64,000 nucleotides of DNA. It comes from Caldisericia bacterium. GTDB lineage: Bacteria > Caldisericota > Caldisericia > JAAYUI01. Below, one piece after another: positions 51,327 through 60,486 of the stretch (position 1 is its first letter; every line of letters begins with the position of its first letter). Below the pieces are notes generated by a model. That model was given only the letters and a program-made list of their open reading frames with translations, was not told where the DNA came from and searched no databases. The translations under genes were made by a program, and so were the position numbers. The stretch is from assembly GCA_963674785.1 (NCBI GenBank), contig OY771555.1, positions 512,001 through 576,000 of the forward strand, in the 5' to 3' direction.

Positions 51327-51580
51327 TTCGATGGATACTGAGCCTATCAAAGCATCAATGGAAAGTCGATCTTTCACTACGTCATTCCCGGCGATCCCCT
51401 CGTCGTTCCGGGCTTGACCCGGAATCCAGGGTTACTTTTGATTCATGAATTCTCTATTTTAATAATTCTTGATGTTGGAAATGCAGTTTCACCCGATAAA
51501 AAAGCACGCCTTTTTATGCCCTGGTTTCCAGCGTTCGCTGGAAAGACAATCTATTACTACGTTGCTAAGCTTGTCGAAGT
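51327..51580. repeat. REP-like cluster with REPIN-like element (copy G)
   Basis: CGTCGTTCCGGGCTTGACCCGGAATCCAGGGTTAC...TGCCCTGGTTTCCAGCGTTCGCTGGAAAG. Confidence 0.85.
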
Positions 51581-51664
51581 ATGACCGAGAATCTCTAGTT
51601 TTTCAATATATGAGAATTAGGCTGATTCATAAACACAGGAACAACCGAGGTTCGAAACTTCCTG

Positions 51665-52606
51665 CTACTCATCAAGTGGCTTTTTAATAAGCTCAAGGTT
51701 GTACCTGTTTTCATCCTTAAGTGAGGTATCTGAATGGTTCCAACCGTGAGAATCTCTTATCTGTTCTGCTTTCAGGTCGAGACCAAAATAATACCAGATG
51801 TCATCACATACGCCAAACGCATGTGTAAAATTGTCCCGCCAAAACTGTCCATGTCGGCACTGCTCAAACCCTGTTCCCTCACGACAGCTTGGATTATAAA
51901 GATACAAGGCAATCGCAAGGTCTCGAAGTTTCAGTTTTTCATCAGGATGGACAAAGCTGCTTTTGACCTGTGACAAAAGCACAGAAACCCAGGAAACACC
52001 AACCCCAAGACCTTCAAAGTTTCCGAGCCTCTGTTTGTCAAAGCTGAATCCTAAATCATCATTCATAAAATCGATGTGGTAGGAAAACACATCCATCGCA
52101 TTATTCTGCGGGAGGGATTTTGCGTCCTTTGATGCAGGAGTTCCATTTGTTCGACCTTCACGGCTCTCCCAAATCCAGATTCCAAGTGAGGTGAGAGCAA
52201 CATCAGACAAAGAAACCTCTTTTTCCCAGAAGCCAGGTTTGGTTTTAATTGGTAAATCCAGGCTTAGTTTGCTACTGGCAACCGATGCCCAAAATCCTGC
52301 AACCATGGTGAAATCATCAGGATTGTATTCAAAGCCATCATTCCAATTCGCATTGAATCTTTGTGTCATCTCATCTGTTACCGGATTTCGGTCGAGGTTT
52401 TTGATATTTTCAGAAACCGCGATTCCTCTGATGACATGGAAGATAAAACCTGGGATTTCAAGGGCTTCGGCAAAAGATGCGGAGAAGGGTTTGATTGTGG
52501 AGAGTTCGGTATCTACTAATTCAGTCTGTCCCCTACAACCAAGACACAATAAAATAAGGCAAATACAAACTATAGTTATTCTTTTAAATTGTGACCAATG
52601 TATCAC
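51665..52606 (-). CDS. Lipoprotein, possible divergent SLT-like lytic transglycosylase
   Basis: Lipobox CLGC; IWESREG...PAS..AKSLPQ and LAIALYLYNP resemble SLT motifs. Confidence 0.5.
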   Translation of the reverse strand: MIHWSQFKRITIVCICLILLCLGCRGQTELVDTELSTIKPFSASFAEALEIPGFIFHVIRGIAVSENIKNLDRNPVTDEMTQRFNANWNDGFEYNPDDFTMVAGFWASVASSKLSLDLPIKTKPGFWEKEVSLSDVALTSLGIWIWESREGRTNGTPASKDAKSLPQNNAMDVFSYHIDFMNDDLGFSFDKQRLGNFEGLGVGVSWVSVLLSQVKSSFVHPDEKLKLRDLAIALYLYNPSCREGTGFEQCRHGQFWRDNFTHAFGVCDDIWYYFGLDLKAEQIRDSHGWNHSDTSLKDENRYNLELIKKPLDE

Positions 52607-53922
52607 AACGCCTTATACTCTATACCCTTGCCCTCAACCTTGGTTTTTTCAAACAGGAATCTTGTATCAATGAGGAGCGATTTGTCCTTCATTCCCTTAA
52701 GGATTTCAACATCATTGAAGGTTCCAGGAAGAAGTGGGTCTTGCCTTGCACCAGTGATGACAATAAAGGCATTTTTCACTGCTTCATCAATTGATTCAAT
52801 ATAATTGAGCTCTACACCAACATGTTTACGATCAACATTATTGTCCCAGACCACAAGCTCTCCGTCATGGTTCTCTTTCAGGTATTTTGCAATTGCAGCT
52901 GCCGGTGACCATCTGGCATCGGTGCTATAGTCTTTCATGGCAATGCCGATGATTGCGATTTTTCCATGCTTTATATTATTCTCAGATAACCAATCCACCG
53001 CTAGTTTTGCGATGTGTTCTGGTTGATAGAAGTTTGCTTTTCTTGAGGTTTCAATAATTGGGAGGCTAGCCCCGACCTCATCTGCTGCTGGTTTTAGGTA
53101 GTACATGGCTTGCGGTAGACAGTGACCACCAACACCTGGACCCGGATGATGAAGGAAACCCACACGCTTGTGTGTGCGAACAAGGTCAAGTACTTCCTTG
53201 GTATCGAGGTTGTATGCGGTGCAGAAATTTGCATATTCATTGGCAAGCGCGATGTTTACATCTCGGGCGATGTTTTCAAAAACCTTTGCAGTTTCTACTG
53301 CCTCAGGGCAGCTTGCACGGACAACATTACTGACACCCATCTGCTCAAGAAGTGACGCTGCTTTTTCTGTTGCCACGGGTGTGAGTCCAGCAACAGGAGT
53401 TGTCATTCCGGTAAGTTCAGCAAATGCTGCACCCTCGGCCATTCGCTCTGATGAGAATGCAAGGTCAAAATCATCGGGCACCTTAAGCCCTGAATATTTT
53501 TCAAGTCTTGGTGCAATGAAGTTTCTGGTTTGCCCAACAATGAGTGTCGACCTTGCGATGACCAAAGCACCTTTTTTCAGTCTTGTTCCAAGAGTCTCGA
53601 GTGCTGATGAAAGGTCAGCCGGGTCAGCTCTATTGTCAACAAGTGGAATTCCCACTGTAAGAATTATTTTCTGATCATCATAACCCAAGGCTTCATCAGG
53701 ATTTGTTGTTGGATGATATCTGCCAGTGTCCATTGCTTTTTTCAAGATGCTCTGGATTGATTCACCATCTTTTTCTTCAAACATGGTGACTGTGCCAGAC
53801 TTGACCTGCTCGATGTAATCTGCTCTAACATCAAGCCCAAACACCTCGAACCCCGCATCAAGAAGGGTGAGTGAGAGCGGTAAACCAACGTATCCAAGAC
53901 CAATGACTGTTACTTTGTCCAT
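52603..53922 (-). CDS. Nucleotide-sugar dehydrogenase (UDP-GlcNAc/ManNAc DH family)
   Basis: VIGLGYVG, K.FEN..RDVNIALANE, GPGVGGHCL. Confidence 0.92.
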   Translation of the reverse strand: MDKVTVIGLGYVGLPLSLTLLDAGFEVFGLDVRADYIEQVKSGTVTMFEEKDGESIQSILKKAMDTGRYHPTTNPDEALGYDDQKIILTVGIPLVDNRADPADLSSALETLGTRLKKGALVIARSTLIVGQTRNFIAPRLEKYSGLKVPDDFDLAFSSERMAEGAAFAELTGMTTPVAGLTPVATEKAASLLEQMGVSNVVRASCPEAVETAKVFENIARDVNIALANEYANFCTAYNLDTKEVLDLVRTHKRVGFLHHPGPGVGGHCLPQAMYYLKPAADEVGASLPIIETSRKANFYQPEHIAKLAVDWLSENNIKHGKIAIIGIAMKDYSTDARWSPAAAIAKYLKENHDGELVVWDNNVDRKHVGVELNYIESIDEAVKNAFIVITGARQDPLLPGTFNDVEILKGMKDKSLLIDTRFLFEKTKVEGKGIEYKAL

Positions 53923-54130
53923 GGGTGGGATTGTAACGCTGTGGGTTTGTTATTCAAGAATGGTTATACTGAAAAAATGTTCATTATAAAAATTGGTGAT
54001 TTTTTATAATGCAGGCACCTGCGTTATAAAAAGTTTTGCACAATAACGAATATCTTGCTGGTTTATTCTATGTCACTTCAATATAATAGAACTAGATATT
54101 ATAGTAAATAACAATAATATATAATACTTC

Positions 54131-55321
54131 CTACTGACTCTCCATTAATCTAATCACATCTAAACAACAGAAAATTTTAGTGTTTCTGATACTTTCAATT
54201 TCAGAAACGATTCCCAAATCAAGTAACTTTTTGACAATAATCCTTGTTGTTTGGTAACTCACTTTCGACTCTTCCGATAGATTTTTCCATGAAAAGAAAG
54301 GAAGCCCAAGAATAACATTGATTATATCACGATAATTGTTATTAATCTTTACATCATTCTGTTCAAGAAGATTCATCCATTTCAACTTGAGCTCCAAAAG
54401 GTTGAAAAGTAACAACATTGATTCATTTGTTTGTAAAGAAACACCTTCAAGAAAAAACTTTATCCATGGTGATAATTCAGATGTTTTTGATGTATGAAGC
54501 AATAAATCATAATATTCTTGTCTGTTCTTCTCAAAATAAGATGCAAGGTTTATTTGATATTTAGAACCCAGGAATTCCTGAGAAATCAGCTTTTGGATAA
54601 TCATCCTTCCGATTCTTCCATTACCATCTCCGAAAGGATGGATTGTCTCAAACTGATAATGTGAGATTGCAATCTTAATAAGCATTGGGGTTCTATCATC
54701 AACAATATAATTCAACAGATTATCCATTAACTCATCAATATGTATGAATCTAACTGGAATAAACCGAGCATCTTTCGCTTGGCCACCTCTTTTTCCGATC
54801 CAAACATCATGATCCCTGAACTTGCCAGGGTTTTTTTCTACATTTTTTGATGAACTGCACATCAGAATCTCATGGGAATCGAGAATCGATTTTTTACAAA
54901 GATCAACATTCAAAAGAAAACTTGAAGCCTGGATATTATCAAATGCTTCCCTGACAGAATCCATTGTTGTTTTTCCTGTAATTACTCCCATAAACTCTGA
55001 GTCATCAAGTAAACCCCTTAGATAAATATCTTTTAATGTAACGAAGTTGTTTTCTATTCTCTGGGAACTTGTCACCTCAGCATTAAGAATTGCTCTGGAG
55101 GTGAGTGCTAATGACAATTTTGGGAGCTCAGTTCCCTTAAAAAAATAGAGCTCCTTGAGTTTTTGCAAAGCAGTAAGCGCGGAAGTATAGATACTGAGCA
55201 AATCAACATCCATTTCAAATGGAATTGGAAGCATTGAAGGCTTAAAAGAATCAAAAAATTCGCCTTGCAATAAAACTTCCTCGAACTCTCCAAGTGGATT
55301 CGTAAATTCATTAATATCCAT
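54131..55321 (-). CDS. Fic family protein
   Basis: HYQFETIHPFGDGNGRIGR; E...S..IE N-terminal motif; C-terminal HTH. Confidence 0.93.
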   Translation of the reverse strand: MDINEFTNPLGEFEEVLLQGEFFDSFKPSMLPIPFEMDVDLLSIYTSALTALQKLKELYFFKGTELPKLSLALTSRAILNAEVTSSQRIENNFVTLKDIYLRGLLDDSEFMGVITGKTTMDSVREAFDNIQASSFLLNVDLCKKSILDSHEILMCSSSKNVEKNPGKFRDHDVWIGKRGGQAKDARFIPVRFIHIDELMDNLLNYIVDDRTPMLIKIAISHYQFETIHPFGDGNGRIGRMIIQKLISQEFLGSKYQINLASYFEKNRQEYYDLLLHTSKTSELSPWIKFFLEGVSLQTNESMLLLFNLLELKLKWMNLLEQNDVKINNNYRDIINVILGLPFFSWKNLSEESKVSYQTTRIIVKKLLDLGIVSEIESIRNTKIFCCLDVIRLMESQ

Positions 55322-55454
55322 CAGCGCAATAATAAACCATCATGAAACCAATAGCAAGCATAGGTGATGATTTCTTGATCAAAAATAAGCATGATTGCCA
55401 CAAACCTCTATCAATCTATAAATAACTAGATAGAAAAATTAGAACATCCTTTCA

Positions 55455-55730
55455 TTATCTTGGGACAAAATCTAGAGCATCATAAAGCTCATTAGCTGAG
55501 CTGAGTACATCAATATTTTTCTCAAGTGTTCTGGCTTGTTGCTCTAACATTTCAATATGTTTTTCTATTGGTGTCGCCAGATCAACCCCAATATCTAAAT
55601 TTCTGAGTTTTGGTAGAACACTCTTTAGTCCATCAGCATTCTCCCTGTCAGCCTTGATACACCCTCGCATATTTTTTTCAAGATATGTGGAAATCTCTTT
55701 CAGTTTCTCTCTTACCAATTCAGAACTCAT
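55455..55730 (-). CDS. Hypothetical coiled-coil phage protein
   Basis: SD GAGGGGG; helical, charged. Confidence 0.6.
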   Translation of the reverse strand: MSSELVREKLKEISTYLEKNMRGCIKADRENADGLKSVLPKLRNLDIGVDLATPIEKHIEMLEQQARTLEKNIDVLSSANELYDALDFVPR

Positions 55731-55762
55731 AACACCCCCTCACAAGTAATAATAACATATTT

Positions 55763-56095
55763 CTATGAATTGCAAATTTCTTTTGAGCTTATGTTACTCC
55801 TCCCAAACACAATCTTACTCTTCGTATTCTCCTTCACACCTTTCAGAAGCTCCAGTACATCATGGAGTGCTCCTGATGGCAGGCTGACCAAAGCACCGGC
55901 GACAAAACACGAAACAAGGTTCAAGTCACCATGTAGCCACCAGAGGAGTGGGGCAAGGGCAAGCCCCGAGAGTGTCGCAAGGATTCTCCTGTCGACATTT
56001 GGTAAAAGCCCTTTTACAAGCTCAACAACTCTTTCAGAAATTGGTGTCATAAGTCCAACTACAAGCAAAATTTCACTGATCATTTTTTCCTCCAA
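55763..56095 (-). CDS. Holin-like membrane protein
   Basis: 110 aa, 2-3 hydrophobic segments, ERVVELVK and SGALHDVL, basic tail. Confidence 0.6.
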   Translation of the reverse strand: MEEKMISEILLVVGLMTPISERVVELVKGLLPNVDRRILATLSGLALAPLLWWLHGDLNLVSCFVAGALVSLPSGALHDVLELLKGVKENTKSKIVFGRSNISSKEICNS

Positions 56096-56589
56096 AATTT
56101 CAAATAATTGTCTTTTTCGTAATTTTCAAATCCCAAAACATTCATCAGCCAGAAAAGTGGTGCAAAAAGGATCCCTTTCCTTTCAATCATCATCTCTGGT
56201 AGTTTTCTTGGTTTATCATCTACATGTGCTACATCAGAATCTTTCCAAAACTCAATTTGTCTTGAATCAATTGATGTATAAACATTTGCCAAAGTTTGAT
56301 GATTATGCCCATCATTTTCAAAAGAAATAACCTGCGAATTGAGGTTATGTCTTGTGCTCAAAATCCTGATAAGTTCAGAAAGTCCGGAATCTTGTGCTCC
56401 ACAGAAAAGCTCCCCTTGATTATTTCTGACACAACCAATGATGATTTTTTCAGTTTCCTTATCGTCCAAGAATTGAATCCAAGAACCATCAGGTCTTATG
56501 ACATAATGAAAATGGTTCTTCACAAAATCCTTTTTTGAAGTAAGGTCGCTATTGTTCAGATATTTCAGTACAATTTTTTTCTCAGACAT
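56080..56589 (-). CDS. Endolysin-like protein: degenerate Amidase_2-like domain + copper-amine-oxidase N-terminal-like domain
   Basis: FHYVIRPDGSWIQ...AQ..GL..L...L; C-terminal IEFWKDS..A.VD...L.....G..FAPL.W....LG. Confidence 0.5.
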   Translation of the reverse strand: MSEKKIVLKYLNNSDLTSKKDFVKNHFHYVIRPDGSWIQFLDDKETEKIIIGCVRNNQGELFCGAQDSGLSELIRILSTRHNLNSQVISFENDGHNHQTLANVYTSIDSRQIEFWKDSDVAHVDDKPRKLPEMMIERKGILFAPLFWLMNVLGFENYEKDNYLKFWRKK

Positions 56590-56594
56590 AAAAA

Positions 56595-56876
56595 TTAACC
56601 CAATCCAAACTTTAACAGAATCCAAGAAACAAGTACGGAACCAGCAATTGTAAGGGTTGATTTAAGTATCTCCATAATAAATTCCCATCTTCTTTTACCT
56701 GCAGTTTTTCCTCTTTCATCCAGACATTTTTCAATTTTTGACATTCTTTTGCTGCAGTCTTCAGGGTTATGCAAAGTTTTTCTGATCTGCCTAAACTCAG
56801 CTTGAATTGATTTGCCCATCTGCTCAATCCGATCGGACAAATCAGACATCCACATCCTTAAAGTCTCATCACTCAT
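56595..56876 (-). CDS. Holin/XhlA-like protein
   Basis: N-terminal coiled coil plus a single C-terminal TM. Confidence 0.55.
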   Translation of the reverse strand: MSDETLRMWMSDLSDRIEQMGKSIQAEFRQIRKTLHNPEDCSKRMSKIEKCLDERGKTAGKRRWEFIMEILKSTLTIAGSVLVSWILLKFGLG

Positions 56877-57388
56877 TTGACCACATCCAGAATGTTTTTT
56901 GGAATATCTGATAACTCAGGCCAGCTTTTATTTTTCTCAAATGAAATTGCTAAATCTCTCATATGGATATAACCCTCCTCCCACCTGTGAAACCAGCAGT
57001 CAGAGTATTTTGAGGTTTCAGTGTAGAGGCAGGCTACATCAATGTTGAACGCTGAAATCGGTGGCTGGTGGTATGTCCTCCAGATAGTGGTCGCAATCAC
57101 CGGCACAAGGGCAAAATCTTCATGATTCCACGAATCAACATAAATCCAAACTGTTTCTCTATTGATCTGATTATTTCCTGGAATCTCAGGGTCAAGCACA
57201 TCAAGAGTGTCCCTCACAGATTTCAGTTTTGTTACCTTTCCATCGGTGATTTTTATGTGCGCAGGATACTTATCACAGACATGCACATATACGCGTCTGA
57301 TGAGCCTTGGTCTTGCAAACACAAAACCAGAGCAGACAATCAAAACAGCAGCCGTAAACAAAAGTATTATTCTTCTCCCAATTTTCAT
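56873..57388 (-). CDS. Hypothetical phage protein with N-terminal signal/TM
   Basis: GGAGGGG SD before ATG 57388; MKIGRRIILLFTAAVLIVCSGFVFA. Confidence 0.6.
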   Translation of the reverse strand: MKIGRRIILLFTAAVLIVCSGFVFARPRLIRRVYVHVCDKYPAHIKITDGKVTKLKSVRDTLDVLDPEIPGNNQINRETVWIYVDSWNHEDFALVPVIATTIWRTYHQPPISAFNIDVACLYTETSKYSDCWFHRWEEGYIHMRDLAISFEKNKSWPELSDIPKNILDVVK

Positions 57389-57407
57389 TCTTCCCCTCCA
57401 AAAAAAA

Positions 57408-58112
57408 TTATGGTGCAGTAATGAGTTGAACAGATAAACTCGGTGTTGATAGAGAGTTCCAGAAACACCACACTCCGATGCCAACAGATGGGACAATATG
57501 TTTTGCAATCGGAATATTGACACTCCAAATCTCTGTTTCAAGCTGGTTTGGTGATACATAAGTATCTAACCCAAGCTGCCAGGGAGATGCCATCGGTGTT
57601 ACTGGTTTATCAGACCACCCGTACCAATTTGTATGTGTAAAATCAAACCTGGGTGCGCCAATATCTGTCACAGAATAATATGGTTGATCGGGTTCATACA
57701 TGGCTGTTGTTAAAACAACAGAACCCATAATTCCAGGATCAGAAGTCGGAGGAACAGGTGGTGTGATTGGGTCTGGCATTGAGGTGATTGAAATTCCATA
57801 TATCTGAGCGAAACCCATAATTGAGATCACTTTCTGCCACTGCTGACAGATTGTTGTGTTACCCGAGACATTTGGTGTTGGTACATACTCAATTCCATCT
57901 ACACCAGAGTTTGTACCTTCAATAAAAACTTCTGTCATTTGCTCAACTGAGTTTTTGACCGTTCCTTTTACATTTTGCACCCATGTTGTTGCATGTTCTT
58001 CTGCTCCTGCAAATGTTGCAAGCGATAGGTCTTCGACAAATCCAACAAAGTTTTTCAGTTCACCATTTGCAGCTCTGCACTGGGACCACGCCACTATCTC
58101 CTGTCCACGCAT
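57408..58112 (-). CDS. Hypothetical phage structural protein
   Basis: Coupled to neighbours in the tail region; Pro/Thr/Trp-rich. Confidence 0.55.
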   Translation of the reverse strand: MRGQEIVAWSQCRAANGELKNFVGFVEDLSLATFAGAEEHATTWVQNVKGTVKNSVEQMTEVFIEGTNSGVDGIEYVPTPNVSGNTTICQQWQKVISIMGFAQIYGISITSMPDPITPPVPPTSDPGIMGSVVLTTAMYEPDQPYYSVTDIGAPRFDFTHTNWYGWSDKPVTPMASPWQLGLDTYVSPNQLETEIWSVNIPIAKHIVPSVGIGVWCFWNSLSTPSLSVQLITAP

Positions 58113-58843
58113 TATGATTGCCCCTTTTCAAATGAAATTGACTCATGTGGAGTATTTGATTCCCATGCGATTGCGGTTGAATGGAAGATATCTGAGGGTT
58201 CTCCCTTCACAAGAAACTGCAATCTTTTTGAGTTTTCCGTGTAACCGTATCTTTCAAAATAGTAGAATTTTCCTGTGGCATGAGATGCCCTTTTGATATC
58301 TGTTAAATCAGAGAAAAAATTGTAGGCCTGCCAGAATGGGAATCCGTTTGTGTAAATCATTCCTGGGTTTCCGCTGTGGGCAATCGGCAGGGAATAAAGT
58401 GTTTTGTCTCTTGTCTCGATATATTCATTCGTATACATCTTCAACTTCATATCAAGACTCTGGAAATGGTATGAGCCTGATAATCCAATGCAATGTATAC
58501 GACCTTTATCCTGAAAATACCCTTCGTACGAAAGCTGATTCAACTGATTCGGATGGACTACCTGCCAATCTGCGTTTGATCTCCTGGGAACAGATGCCTG
58601 GATATGCAAATACATCGGACTAAAATTTGTATCTGATAGCCCACTTATCTCAGAAACATAGTTATCAATGGCACTTTGAAGTTCATCTAAAAGATCAATC
58701 ATTTTTAATCCAAAGGCTTGATAGGCATCAGTCATCTTCCATGAGAGGCTGTCTTCATCGGATAAATCAGTGTTTTTCATGCACTCATAATAAAGCCTGT
58801 TTGCCTCAGCAAGAATTGCAGAAACCACTGGTGGCATAGACAT
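58112..58843 (-). CDS. Hypothetical phage protein
   Basis: One-base stop/start overlaps on both sides. Confidence 0.6.
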   Translation of the reverse strand: MSMPPVVSAILAEANRLYYECMKNTDLSDEDSLSWKMTDAYQAFGLKMIDLLDELQSAIDNYVSEISGLSDTNFSPMYLHIQASVPRRSNADWQVVHPNQLNQLSYEGYFQDKGRIHCIGLSGSYHFQSLDMKLKMYTNEYIETRDKTLYSLPIAHSGNPGMIYTNGFPFWQAYNFFSDLTDIKRASHATGKFYYFERYGYTENSKRLQFLVKGEPSDIFHSTAIAWESNTPHESISFEKGQS

Positions 58844-59133
58844 CAGACCAACCTGCTTTCAATTTCTGTATTTGCGTCAATGACGGTCAAATCTTCAAGA
58901 ATTACTCTTTCAGATTTTGGTTTACCATCAAGATCAAGCCAGGTCTCAGTTGTCATCACCTTCCAACCAGTAACTGTATCAAACCAGATCTGAATATTTT
59001 TTTGTCCCTCATTTTTGTCTGATACCCCAGAAAGATTCAAAAGTTGTGTTACTTGTGGCCAACCGTAATCAGGAATTGTTGAAAGTATCATTGCGGCTGA
59101 TTCATAAGCTTGAAGTTTTTCTAAAATTGTCAT
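58843..59133 (-). CDS. Hypothetical phage protein
   Basis: SD AAGGGG; coupled to the downstream gene. Confidence 0.6.
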   Translation of the reverse strand: MTILEKLQAYESAAMILSTIPDYGWPQVTQLLNLSGVSDKNEGQKNIQIWFDTVTGWKVMTTETWLDLDGKPKSERVILEDLTVIDANTEIESRLV

Positions 59134-59155
59134 GTTATCCCCTTATTAATTCTAA

Positions 59156-60472
59156 TTAAAGTTGCACAAGCGACGCCCCATCAAACATCGCCACCCCACC
59201 ATCGGTTGAGTTGATCTGTCCATAAAGTCTCACTTCAATTGGGTTTACTCCACTTGCTGTAACAACAGATACCCTAACCCATTTATTTTTGAATGATGTC
59301 ATGCAAGAGGAGGCACAATCGAGTGTTGTTGTCACAGATGAGTATCCAGTTGGGATTATCTCAATCATCGCTTTGCTGTCTGTTTTTACCCAACATGAAA
59401 ATTCAACATATCCACTTGACACACCGGTATATGTCTGTGAATAATAACTCCAATTTGTATCGGGAGTGGTTTCAAGTTGAAGACATGAATCACCGAGAAT
59501 CCCGCTTCCCTCTGTGGTAACTGATGTACCATCTCCACCTTTTGTCCATCCCTCTGGTTCGCCATTATTCCAGTTGGAAAAAATCGGATTTTTAAGCCTC
59601 AGTATACCAGAGCTTTCATCCCTCCTCTCTGAGTAATCGCAAAAACTCGCGGGGAGTAGTGGGGGTTGAGGATTCGAGTTTGCAGGCAAAAACTCATATT
59701 TGCTTATGTGCTGTTCAATGTACCTGTATGTGGCTTTTACAACAGGAGAGTTTTCAACAACTATTGCCCCTGCTGTATGTGAATACTCAAGCGATGAAGA
59801 CAATGTAACTGATCCTGTTGAAACCGATGATACTGTTTTTATTTCATCTTCAAGTGAAGTGTCCCCGGCAACAACAATCAAATCACCCTCTTCAAACCCA
59901 GTTTCAGAAACAACAGATATTGTTGATGCTCCGGCTGAAATATCAGATGAAAGTGTCGTATCCCCCTTGATCACTTCATTGAAAACCACCTTGCCATTTA
60001 CATAATCAATGTAGTAATCGGCAGCAAGGGTTTTCTCCTCACCGTTTACTGTCACATATGGTTCAGGGTCCCTGAGCCAGTCCCCAGTACTTAAACCGTG
60101 GCTCCCGTGCACAGACTGGTAGTTTTTGAAATCTGCAGTTTCAAGTATCTCATCCTCAACAAGAAAGGCGTAATAAACATCACTCACAAACTTTGTCTGT
60201 TGAGGAAGATATGGGTCAAGCCCATCAAAGATATTGCCTGTTGCAAAACATGTGTTTGGTCCAGTCGATGATTCAATTTTGCCAAATATGTCATAATACC
60301 TTATCGTTTCACCCGTCTCTTCATTTGTGATTGAGGTGTCCTGGTAGACATAGGCACCCTCCTCGGATGGCAGGAAGTTTTGAGAGATTATCCCATTGCC
60401 CCATCCGCTTGTTATCTGATCTCTTCCAGCTCCACCCTTAACAGGCTGGATTTTTGGTTTTGATGGTAACAT
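59156..60472 (-). CDS. Phage tail/receptor-binding-like protein with C-terminal carbohydrate-binding-like domain
   Basis: DYYIDYVNGKVVF, TTLSSDISAGASTISV, NP.F..W....GW and FSCWVK...W.RVSV...FDG. Confidence 0.6.
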   Translation of the reverse strand: MLPSKPKIQPVKGGAGRDQITSGWGNGIISQNFLPSEEGAYVYQDTSITNEETGETIRYYDIFGKIESSTGPNTCFATGNIFDGLDPYLPQQTKFVSDVYYAFLVEDEILETADFKNYQSVHGSHGLSTGDWLRDPEPYVTVNGEEKTLAADYYIDYVNGKVVFNEVIKGDTTLSSDISAGASTISVVSETGFEEGDLIVVAGDTSLEDEIKTVSSVSTGSVTLSSSLEYSHTAGAIVVENSPVVKATYRYIEQHISKYEFLPANSNPQPPLLPASFCDYSERRDESSGILRLKNPIFSNWNNGEPEGWTKGGDGTSVTTEGSGILGDSCLQLETTPDTNWSYYSQTYTGVSSGYVEFSCWVKTDSKAMIEIIPTGYSSVTTTLDCASSCMTSFKNKWVRVSVVTASGVNPIEVRLYGQINSTDGGVAMFDGASLVQL

Positions 60473-60486
60473 TTTTCTTATCCTCC

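Noticed and set aside
54080-54115. dif site (TTATAGTAAAT resembles the XerD arm)
   Set aside because: No matching XerC arm at the correct 6-bp spacing
57389-57559. Programmed frameshift or long overlap between 57408-58112 and 56873-57559
   Set aside because: The overlap disappears using ATG 57388 with its strong SD
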